A DNA stretch of 64,000 nucleotides from an uncultured Bdellovibrionales bacterium (GTDB lineage: Bacteria; Bdellovibrionota; FAC87; UBA2466), in assembly GCA_937903155.1 (NCBI GenBank), contig CALCZU010000030.1:5257-69256 (forward strand), in the 5' to 3' direction. Of this stretch, positions 27,181 to 34,998 are shown piece after piece. Within the stretch, counting starts at the first letter, position 1. Every line of letters starts with the position of its first letter. The notes beneath the pieces were generated by a model. The model saw nothing but the letters and a program-made list of their open reading frames with translations, did no database searches and had not been told where the DNA came from. The position numbers and the translations under genes were made by a program.

Positions 27181-28761
27181 AGCTTCTTTTTGAATTTTTC
27201 CCAATAAGTTTTTTCTCAAGATGGAACTCGCGGTGACAACACCTGAAAATGCAGCGCCCCCAACACCGACCGTTAGAATATCCTGACCGGTCATAAAAAG
27301 ATTTTGGATAGGCGTGTGCGAACGTAACCAACGCATCCGAAATCTTGCGGGGGTATGTTCGAGTCCATAAATTTCGCCTGAAGAGTAATTAGAAAAATGC
27401 TGGGTTGAAAGAGGTGTCGAAAATTCGCAAGTGTGGATATGATTTTTTGCCTGGGGAACAACCTCGAAGAGTTTATTCAAGAGTCTTTGCTTTTGAACCT
27501 CTTTGAATTTTTCGTAGTCCTCTCCGCGCTTTTTTAAAGAAGTGCCATCCCACTTTTTAAACCATTCGAAGGGCGCCATCCCTAAGACTTGAATCGTCGA
27601 CTGATTGGGGTGGGACTCTTCCCATAGAGGATCCTTCGCTGAAGGAAATGAAATATAGGCGAAAGGAAGCGGTGCATCCGGATCTAAATGAAAGTTTTCG
27701 AAGAGAGAATCGAAATGATAATCCGAATACATCCAGTAGTTAAATTTGGGCAAATTCAAATCTTTATCGGAACGATTGAGTCCCACGTAGGCACAAAAAT
27801 GCGAAATCGACGGTTTGATCGTTTTTAATTGTTGAAGGATAGGAAAGGGCTTATCGGGAACCTCTTTCAAAAATCGTTCGAAAGTATTGCGGGCTCCCGC
27901 ATTGCTAATTACTTTGTCAGAAAAAATCTCGTCCCCGTTTTTGAGGCGCACCCCAACGGCCTTGTTTTTTACAAGAAGGATTTGATCGACTTCCGCCCGC
28001 AAGCAGAGTTTTCCCCCGTACTTCGTAAATTCTTCCAAAATTGAATGGTGGATTCGCGACGCCCCTCCGCTAGGATAGCTTCCGCCGTTTAAGTAATGAC
28101 CGGCGACTAACGCGTGCATTGCAAAACTGCTCTTCTTGGGCGGCAGGCCGTAATCGCCACATTGAGCGGTGAGCACTGAGATCAGTTTTTCATTGTTAGT
28201 CAGCCTTCTCAAAACTTCATAGGTTGTTTGGTCTGACCACTTATAAAATCCATTTCGTAAGATCCAGCCCACGTATTTACTTAACGGAATGGGCATCGAA
28301 CGTTCGCCGAAATGCATGAGGGTGCGGAGTCGAACTTTTTTAAGTAGAGAAAAGTACGATTCGATGGCGGAACGATCGTCGGGGAATTTTTCAACGAGTT
28401 TCTGAATCTGGTTTTCTTCTCCCGCGACAAAATCATAAGTGTCGTTGGCAATCACCACCCGATCGTAGATTTCTCCCATCGGTTCCCACAAAAGCTTCGC
28501 ATCTGTCAGATAATCAAAAACTTGCCGCAGCTGGGCTTCGGGACGGTGGACCTCTCCGACATAGTGGACTCCGACATCCCATTCATAACCTTGTCGTTTA
28601 AAAGTATGAGAGAAGCCGCCAGGAAGATAATGGCGTTCTAAAACGAGAACCTTTTTCCCCTCTTTTGCAAGGAGGGTGGCCGCCGTAAGACCTCCGATTC
28701 CTGAGCCAATGACGATGCAATCATATTTCTCTCGGGCGATAGATGGAGAATAGGCATGCAC
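27145..28761 (-). CDS. FAD/NAD(P)-dependent oxidoreductase, phytoene-desaturase (CrtI)-related
   Basis: YDCIVIGSGIGGLTAATLLAKEGKKVLVLERHYLPGG dinucleotide-binding motif. ~540-aa CrtI-like length. Confidence 0.8.
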   Translation of the reverse strand: MHAYSPSIAREKYDCIVIGSGIGGLTAATLLAKEGKKVLVLERHYLPGGFSHTFKRQGYEWDVGVHYVGEVHRPEAQLRQVFDYLTDAKLLWEPMGEIYDRVVIANDTYDFVAGEENQIQKLVEKFPDDRSAIESYFSLLKKVRLRTLMHFGERSMPIPLSKYVGWILRNGFYKWSDQTTYEVLRRLTNNEKLISVLTAQCGDYGLPPKKSSFAMHALVAGHYLNGGSYPSGGASRIHHSILEEFTKYGGKLCLRAEVDQILLVKNKAVGVRLKNGDEIFSDKVISNAGARNTFERFLKEVPDKPFPILQQLKTIKPSISHFCAYVGLNRSDKDLNLPKFNYWMYSDYHFDSLFENFHLDPDAPLPFAYISFPSAKDPLWEESHPNQSTIQVLGMAPFEWFKKWDGTSLKKRGEDYEKFKEVQKQRLLNKLFEVVPQAKNHIHTCEFSTPLSTQHFSNYSSGEIYGLEHTPARFRMRWLRSHTPIQNLFMTGQDILTVGVGGAAFSGVVTASSILRKNLLGKIQKEASRRSREKSLQF

Positions 28762-28805
28762 CCTTATCCAGTACCTGAGTTCATGAGGGGTGACAACGGG
28801 CAGGC

Positions 28806-28838
28806 AAAAAAAAACGACCAGCCCCTAAGGACTGGCCG
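28806..28838 (-). terminator. Rho-independent terminator
   Basis: On the minus strand CGGCCAGTCC-TTAG-GGGCTGGTCG (10-bp stem with 2 G-U pairs) followed by T9. It lies 17 nt after the stop of the 28855-29916 gene. Confidence 0.7.
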
Positions 28839-28854
28839 TTTTAAATTTCAGAAA

Positions 28855-29916
28855 TTACTTCTTTGCTAAGCGATCGATTTTTTCTTTGAATTTTTCGAAG
28901 GGCTGCGCTCCTTGGAGGAGAGCACCATTGATCACGAAAGAAGGAGTCGCTTGAATTCCGACAGACTCGGATTCTTTGCGGCTTTTGTTAATCAGTTCTT
29001 CATGTTTCTTCTTATCAAAGCATTCCGCAAATTTCGTGGCGTCCATTCCCAGCTTTCCAGCGTAGGTTTTGAAATCCGCATCTTCGAGTTTTTGTTGGTT
29101 TTCGAAAAGCATATCGTGCATTTCCCAGAATTTACCCTGGTCTTCGGCGCATTGAGCAGCCATGGAAGCCGGGAAAGCGCGTGGGTGATTGGGAAGCGGC
29201 ATATGTCTGAAAACGATTTTAATTTTTTCAGGACCGAATTCTTTTTTCAGTCTTTGAATCGTTGGCACCGCTCTCGCGCAGAACGGACATTGGAAATCGG
29301 AGAATTCTACGATGGTAATCGGAGCATTCTTATTTCCCCAAGTTGGGTAACCATCGGTCGTGACTTTGAGGCTTGGCGATTCTGGCTCAGGAATCATGAT
29401 CTTCACTTTGGAAGTTTCACGAAGTTTTGCGACGTAGGCTTGACGTTTTTCGAATTTTTGGCGGTATTTTAAATATTCTTTCACGTCGTCTTTTTTGACT
29501 CTCGGATCTTTCAACGAAAGACCTTTGGAAGCTAAAAATTCATCGATTTGTTTGTCGGTGACTTCAGCGACAACGCCTTGGGATTCTTTATCGAGAAGTT
29601 GTTCCATCGAAATATTTTGCTTTTTGGCTTCAATTTCGATCACTTTTTGATCAACGTATTCGTTGATTGCTTGTTCTTTGGTTCGATAAACTTCTTCTTC
29701 GAGATCGAACAAACGAGTTTTGATTGCGGCAAACGCTTCAGAAGCTTTTACGGAACGGCCTCCGAATTCAGCAACCACCGGATCGCCTCCGCTCATGCTT
29801 CCGCCGCCCTTGATTGCCATCGCGCCGATGACACCTACGACGATTCCAACTACGACACAAACGCCGTAGATGAGCGAATGGTTAGATCCGCCTTTTGATT
29901 GATTTGCCTCAGTCAT
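28855..29916 (-). CDS. Membrane-anchored DsbA-family thiol:disulfide oxidoreductase with an N-terminal chaperone-like helical domain
   Basis: N-terminal TM, FSDFQCPFC active site in the C-terminal thioredoxin fold. AGGAGA Shine-Dalgarno upstream. Confidence 0.8.
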   Translation of the reverse strand: MTEANQSKGGSNHSLIYGVCVVVGIVVGVIGAMAIKGGGSMSGGDPVVAEFGGRSVKASEAFAAIKTRLFDLEEEVYRTKEQAINEYVDQKVIEIEAKKQNISMEQLLDKESQGVVAEVTDKQIDEFLASKGLSLKDPRVKKDDVKEYLKYRQKFEKRQAYVAKLRETSKVKIMIPEPESPSLKVTTDGYPTWGNKNAPITIVEFSDFQCPFCARAVPTIQRLKKEFGPEKIKIVFRHMPLPNHPRAFPASMAAQCAEDQGKFWEMHDMLFENQQKLEDADFKTYAGKLGMDATKFAECFDKKKHEELINKSRKESESVGIQATPSFVINGALLQGAQPFEKFKEKIDRLAKK

Positions 29917-29968
29917 ACTTCGTTCTCCTAAATAGGGGTAAAAAACAATGCGCTAAGACTATCGGCTT

Positions 29969-30604
29969 TTAAGCCAGAATGAAACTTTTTTTAATGGATT
30001 GCACCAGTTGATTTGATGCGTCAATCCAGGTGGATTTGACCCCGTTTTGCCAGAGAGATGTGAGAGCAACTTCTTTTTGGCCACAGGGATGAATGCCCCG
30101 GAAGGGATTGTGTTGAGGCGATAAATATAGCGCAAACCCATGCGAGGTCACTCCACGTTGAATGCGGATTCCAAAGGAGCAAATTTTTTCATCGCCGACG
30201 TAGATTCCGTAGGGTTCGTCTTTAATTTGAGAAACGAGATTCTGCAAATTCAAATAGTTTTGAACGGCTTTTGATAAAATAGCGACGTACGCTTTGGTAT
30301 CTCTCTCCGCTAACCCTAAAGTTTTCAAAGCAAGAATCGGAAAAACCACAATTTGTCCCGGACCGTGATACGTCCATTTTCCACCGCGAGTGACAGGCGT
30401 CAGAGCGATCTCCTTTTCTCGACAAGTAGATTCATCCCACAAGAGATCGGATTTTTCAGCGGAAATTCCTGCGGTAAAAGTCGGTTTTGGTTCAAAAACC
30501 AGCAGAAAACTCTCGCGTGGATCTTCTGTGACTTTGAGCAAACACTCTTCTTGAATGCCTAAAATAGCCTCGAAAGAAACATCTCTAAATACTTGAACTT
30601 GCAT
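29969..30604 (-). CDS. lipB: Lipoyl(octanoyl) transferase
   Basis: RGGKWTYHGPGQIVVFPIL signature and GIRIQRGVTSHGFALY. Confidence 0.85.
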   Translation of the reverse strand: MQVQVFRDVSFEAILGIQEECLLKVTEDPRESFLLVFEPKPTFTAGISAEKSDLLWDESTCREKEIALTPVTRGGKWTYHGPGQIVVFPILALKTLGLAERDTKAYVAILSKAVQNYLNLQNLVSQIKDEPYGIYVGDEKICSFGIRIQRGVTSHGFALYLSPQHNPFRGIHPCGQKEVALTSLWQNGVKSTWIDASNQLVQSIKKSFILA

Positions 30605-30740
30605 AAAGAGAGACTACAAGCAGCCGGAAGCACTTGCAAGGACGGCGGATAACGGCCTTTATTCTTTCTTTTTCTTATCCCTTTTTTGGAAGCAACTATG
30701 TTATACGCGAGTTTACGTACACTCGAAGTGAGCCAAAAGA

Positions 30741-31403
30741 ATGAAAAACAAATTCATTTTTCTCATACTCATATCAACGCTAAACGCGTTTCCTGCCTTT
30801 GCAGAAATCAGATGCCTCACGTTACTCGCGGGCTTAATAAAAACGTCCTATACCTCTAAGACGGCCTACAAGCGGAGTGCTTGCATGATTAATTCAGGGG
30901 AGCTCGCCAGAAATATTTCTAAAAAGTTAGCGCATGAAATTGATCTGGATGAACTCAATATTTTGTTTATCAAACACCGGGACTTATCGAATCCGTTCGT
31001 CGTTCCAAACCAAATTCCAACCCTTCAGTTTCTGGTGCCCCATCACCGCCGGACTGCTTTAATGAGTGATTCAAGTCGTTTCTACACGACATGGAAGTAC
31101 CATGCCGTTTTAGAATTTCGCGGACTGATTATGGATCTTGATTTCGAAAATATTTCCGAACCCATTCCTGCACGCATCTATTTTCAGAAAATGTTTCCGC
31201 CGCTTTCCATTACTAAAATAAAAAAGAATGTGATTGACCCCGAGGGCTATCTCAATGACTGGGGGAAACTTCATCTGCATAAAATCCCTGCTAAATTTTA
31301 TCTTGATCACTACCCAAAACGTCCTGACGACCTCGATCGCGAAAGCACAGAAAAGTTACTGTTGCTACCTGCTATCGATTTAGAAGATTATTTAGCGCCC
31401 TAA
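30741..31403 (+). CDS. Exported hypothetical protein
   Basis: Signal peptide MKNKFIFLILISTLNAFPAFA. No recognisable motif. Confidence 0.5.
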   Translation: MKNKFIFLILISTLNAFPAFAEIRCLTLLAGLIKTSYTSKTAYKRSACMINSGELARNISKKLAHEIDLDELNILFIKHRDLSNPFVVPNQIPTLQFLVPHHRRTALMSDSSRFYTTWKYHAVLEFRGLIMDLDFENISEPIPARIYFQKMFPPLSITKIKKNVIDPEGYLNDWGKLHLHKIPAKFYLDHYPKRPDDLDRESTEKLLLLPAIDLEDYLAP

Positions 31404-31442
31404 AACTTTCGAAATACGGTCTGATTATTTTCCACAGAACGA

Positions 31443-31575
31443 GGGATTGGGAGGGGACCGGGGCACAACGGAGCCCAAGTTGTTTCGCAGACCCTCAATA
31501 AGGTTCGGAGACTCACGGATGTTTTGTCGAGAAGGGTACTTGGGTTCCGTTGTGCCCCGGTCCCCTTCCAATCCC
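31443..31575 (+). repeat. Long inverted repeat: 38-bp stem with a 57-nt loop
   Basis: Arms 31443-31480 and 31538-31575 pair at all 38 positions: 36 Watson-Crick plus 2 G-U when read as plus-strand RNA. It sits between convergent genes. Confidence 0.85.
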
Positions 31576-31589
31576 GTCGCTGCGAGCAA

Positions 31590-32198
31590 TTACTGGGATC
31601 GAAGCGCTTTGAAGTCTTGTTTAAAGTGGGTACGGAAGCGGGGGAAGTAACGCAAGAATGTTGTGACTTGAAGAACTGCGAGTAGGCAGTGGATGACGAG
31701 GCGGAGTTCGGAGGGCAGGGCGTTTGAGGGTAGTTTAAAAAGTTCGGCGCCGATGAGGATTGCGACCCAGACGTATTGTAAAAACGTATTCCATTTTCCG
31801 ATTTTAAGAGTTTCGAAGGTGACGGTATTTTGAATGTTTGAAAGATTCGCCATCATAAAGCCCAGCACTTGAAGTAAATTCACCGAGAATACGAGTCCAG
31901 TGAACCAGGCGGGGCTGAGCCCCAGGTGCATGAGACTAATATAAAACGAAACGAGGATAATTTTATCCGCAACCGGATCGAGGATTGCGCCAATTTTCGA
32001 AACACAATTCCAACGGCGCGCTAAATACCCATCTAAAAAATCGGTGAGGCCTGTGAGCACAAAAAGTCCGACTGCCATTTCGGATTTTTTTTCGAATAGG
32101 AAATAAAGTGCGAGGGGACAACACAGAATGCGAATGCAGGTGAGGATATTAGGAATCTGCTTTAAAATGTAATGTGTTCTACTGGGTCGGAGGAGCAT
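31590..32198 (-). CDS. pgsA: CDP-diacylglycerol--glycerol-3-phosphate 3-phosphatidyltransferase (CDP-alcohol phosphatidyltransferase family)
   Basis: DFLDGYLARRWNCVSKIGAILDPVADKI, matching D-x2-DG-x2-AR-x8-G-x3-D-x3-D. Confidence 0.8.
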   Translation of the reverse strand: MLLRPSRTHYILKQIPNILTCIRILCCPLALYFLFEKKSEMAVGLFVLTGLTDFLDGYLARRWNCVSKIGAILDPVADKIILVSFYISLMHLGLSPAWFTGLVFSVNLLQVLGFMMANLSNIQNTVTFETLKIGKWNTFLQYVWVAILIGAELFKLPSNALPSELRLVIHCLLAVLQVTTFLRYFPRFRTHFKQDFKALRSQ

Positions 32199-33171
32199 AA
32201 ACTTCCACCCGATCCCTTTCTTGAAATCCCGCGCCCGAGTGCATCACTGCTACCGAGCCATCACTTCCAAAAAATTCAACGACTTTTAGAATCCCTTTGA
32301 ATCGACCGGGAGCCACTCCCAATGAGGATCCACTTTCATCATCAAAAATTTCGCGTCCTGTTCCAAACACTTTGAGGAGCTGACCTTTTTGCAGCCCGCT
32401 TTGTTCGCCCGCGTTGATGTAGTAACGGTGCAAATCGATTTTTGCGATTCGCCCCATCCACGCGATTTTTCGCGCGTGGGATGCAAAGGCGGGATAAATT
32501 TTATTGAGCGCGTTGTCGACGGCGGTTTTTCCCCGATCAGCTTCATACGCTTCTTCCGTTTTCGAACTGAGAAAGCGAGTATGTTCTTCAGTGACTTGAG
32601 CGTCGGCCGTTTTGCTTAAGAGAAGTTTCTCATTGCCGGCGTCATGAAGCATAAACTTCACCGTTGCCGTAACGGTTTGGTATTTTGTTCGAAACAGTCC
32701 GACTTCGTCGCCTCTTTCCTTAATTTCTACTTTTTCAATACTGCCGGAGACAATGGCGGAGACCCCTTGGCTACGTGCCAGTTCAAAGACTCTCTTGTAG
32801 TCAATTCTTCCTTTGGCGCCGTAGAACGATTCGTGATCTTCTAACGCCTCTTCGTCGATGAAAGAATATTCCGCAAACGAATTGATCTTATCTTTTACGG
32901 AAAGGGCTGCGTGGTCCGCAAGCTCAGTTCCTCCAAGACCCGAATAGTTCGCAAATTTTAGAACAAGAATTTTCTTTTTGGGTCGAGCGTTTTTTTCTCC
33001 AAGACTATTCTCTGCAACCGGCGGAGCTTCGGGGCTAGGAGTCGGTGTGGGGGTCGGTTCATTGAATACCAAAGTTTTGGGTTCTTCGGTCGAGGTTAAC
33101 CCCACCCAACGAAAAATCGCACAACCTTGAAATAACAAAAAGACGGGAAGAAGCAGTAGAAGTTTTTTCAC
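32179..33171 (-). CDS. Lipoprotein, hypothetical
   Basis: Lipobox LLFQGC, PTPTPTPSPEAPP linker. 1-nt overlap with the upstream gene and 20-nt overlap with pgsA. Confidence 0.65.
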   Translation of the reverse strand: MKKLLLLLPVFLLFQGCAIFRWVGLTSTEEPKTLVFNEPTPTPTPSPEAPPVAENSLGEKNARPKKKILVLKFANYSGLGGTELADHAALSVKDKINSFAEYSFIDEEALEDHESFYGAKGRIDYKRVFELARSQGVSAIVSGSIEKVEIKERGDEVGLFRTKYQTVTATVKFMLHDAGNEKLLLSKTADAQVTEEHTRFLSSKTEEAYEADRGKTAVDNALNKIYPAFASHARKIAWMGRIAKIDLHRYYINAGEQSGLQKGQLLKVFGTGREIFDDESGSSLGVAPGRFKGILKVVEFFGSDGSVAVMHSGAGFQERDRVEVYAPPTQ

Positions 33172-34292
33172 TACTTAGAGTATCGCATAACGATCGTATG
33201 AGAATCAACGCTGACGCGTTGAAGTTTGAATCCAGCCCAAGTTGTCGTCTGAATGCGTTGCGCTAATTCATCGCTCGAAAGGGTGCTTAAAACTTTGAAC
33301 TCAACCCCTGTGTTCTCAAGCATTTTCAATGACGGTTGATTTAAAAAATCCTGTCGCTGAAAATCCTTATCGATGAGCTTGTAGGTACGGTAGCCATCGA
33401 TTCCGCCAATGCCCTCAATGCGAAGCGTAAAATCGTTACTAAAAAGTTTCCCCTCAGAAATTGTCTCTTCAACCCCTTCGTGTAACTGTGCAAGAAAAGG
33501 TGTCAGCGACTTTTTAGCTCTCTCTGCATTGGTCAATGCGGAGGCGGCGACTGCGAGATCCTCGCTTTTTACAACGGCAAGGCGCGCAGGAGCCAAACTA
33601 TAAACGTATAAATCGATTCGCGCGGTCGAACAATTCGCACACTGAGAAAGATGAGCCCAAACAACCGCATTAAACCGACCCGCACCGACTTCGTTCGAAA
33701 GGGTGCCAATCTCATCTTCCGAAGAAGAGGGAGCATTGAGTCCAAGTCTGCCTTCAAAAGGGACTAATTTTGAATTGAGCTTTTGAAAGTGGGTGGTCAG
33801 CTCTTTAAAAACCAACTGAGCAACGGAGGAGTCTTTGATTTTTTCTGAAGTTTCTCTCGGTGCGCTTTGCATTGCACCTGCGAGCGACGAATAAATAAAC
33901 ACAGGGCGAATGCCTTCTTGGCCTTTTTCTTTCGTTTCGGAAACGCGAGCCCACTTTTTCAAAGCGTCGCTATCAAGATGTCCCGAAAGTTCCAACGTAT
34001 TCGGAAGTGCCGGCACGCGGGTGACTTTATAATCCAAAACATATTTTTCACCGAACTCGGGAGTAACCGCTTTTTGAAAATTCTGATAACGAGCGCCTAA
34101 AAAATTCTGCAGCCATTCTGCGACCGCTTTTTGTTTAAGCTGGGCAATTAATTTTGTTTGAACTTCGGGATTGTCCAAGGTCTCGTCCGCCTTGCCGGGT
34201 GTAACTTCGGCAGCGCCTGATACCACGAAGGAATTTCCTTGGACGGCGAGAAGATTAAAACTCAAGATCAAAAGTAAGAAAAGGTGTTTCAT
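33171..34292 (-). CDS. Exported hypothetical protein
   Basis: Signal peptide MKHLFLLLILSFNLLAVQG. Operonic with the lipoprotein gene and pgsA. Confidence 0.6.
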   Translation of the reverse strand: MKHLFLLLILSFNLLAVQGNSFVVSGAAEVTPGKADETLDNPEVQTKLIAQLKQKAVAEWLQNFLGARYQNFQKAVTPEFGEKYVLDYKVTRVPALPNTLELSGHLDSDALKKWARVSETKEKGQEGIRPVFIYSSLAGAMQSAPRETSEKIKDSSVAQLVFKELTTHFQKLNSKLVPFEGRLGLNAPSSSEDEIGTLSNEVGAGRFNAVVWAHLSQCANCSTARIDLYVYSLAPARLAVVKSEDLAVAASALTNAERAKKSLTPFLAQLHEGVEETISEGKLFSNDFTLRIEGIGGIDGYRTYKLIDKDFQRQDFLNQPSLKMLENTGVEFKVLSTLSSDELAQRIQTTTWAGFKLQRVSVDSHTIVMRYSK

Positions 34293-34457
34293 GGTATGAA
34301 TCCTACTTCAAGATTCCCTAAAATCAATCTTGAGTTCATTTTCGTCGTCAGTCCTGTCCTTTCTCTGCCTCTGTGCGTTGGCAGATTTTCTTGCCTCCCA
34401 GTTTTTTTAAACCTATTCTCACACTCAACAACCTTGCTGCGGCATGAAAGGATAAAA

Positions 34458-34994
34458 ATGAAAATCATCTTTGTACTAGTCGGTGCGTTTGTCTTCATAA
34501 CAAGTCATTTGTATGCGGGAGATGTTCAGCTCTCCGCTCCTCTCAAGGGACAGAGACAAGAAAAAGACAAAATCATCACTGCGGATCCACAAAAGGATAA
34601 ATGTTTGGTCCGATTTCAGACGACTGAAAAAAACAAACGCAAAGGTTTGAGCATCGAGTTTTCATGGGTCGGCCACCGCGAGCACTCCTTTTTCCTTCAC
34701 ATTCGAGGAAATGAAAGTCCTTTTGCTGCAAACTATTACGACGAATACCGAATCAAATCGTCTCTCGGGCCTGCAAGCGACGTCACTATCGACGCTGAGT
34801 TTGACGCTGATTTAAATGCGCTGGTTGTTCGCCAAGGAAAGTTTACAAATTTTCTCGTCACCGATTTTTCGTTCTTTTTGGATGAAACACGTCAACGCAT
34901 TGTAAAAGTTTCCGCCACCGGTCTCAGTGTAAATATGCAGGATGGGTACGAATGTAAAATTGACGCCGATGTAAACGAAATCTTGAAACCTTGA
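34458..34994 (+). CDS. Small exported hypothetical protein
   Basis: ATG 34458 preceded by GAAAGGA. Signal peptide MKIIFVLVGAFVFITSHLYAG. The longer ORF from 34284 would overlap the divergent gene start. Confidence 0.5.
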   Translation: MKIIFVLVGAFVFITSHLYAGDVQLSAPLKGQRQEKDKIITADPQKDKCLVRFQTTEKNKRKGLSIEFSWVGHREHSFFLHIRGNESPFAANYYDEYRIKSSLGPASDVTIDAEFDADLNALVVRQGKFTNFLVTDFSFFLDETRQRIVKVSATGLSVNMQDGYECKIDADVNEILKP

Positions 34995-34998
34995 AGGA

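Noticed and set aside
28912-29898. Plus-strand ORFs 28912-29472 and 29548-29898
   Set aside because: Both are antisense to the membrane-anchored DsbA-family gene, Phe-rich, and have no start context.
31447-31650. 67-aa plus-strand ORF
   Set aside because: It is simply the translation of the 38-bp inverted repeat and its loop. The two arms give mirror-like peptide segments, and it overlaps the pgsA 3' end.
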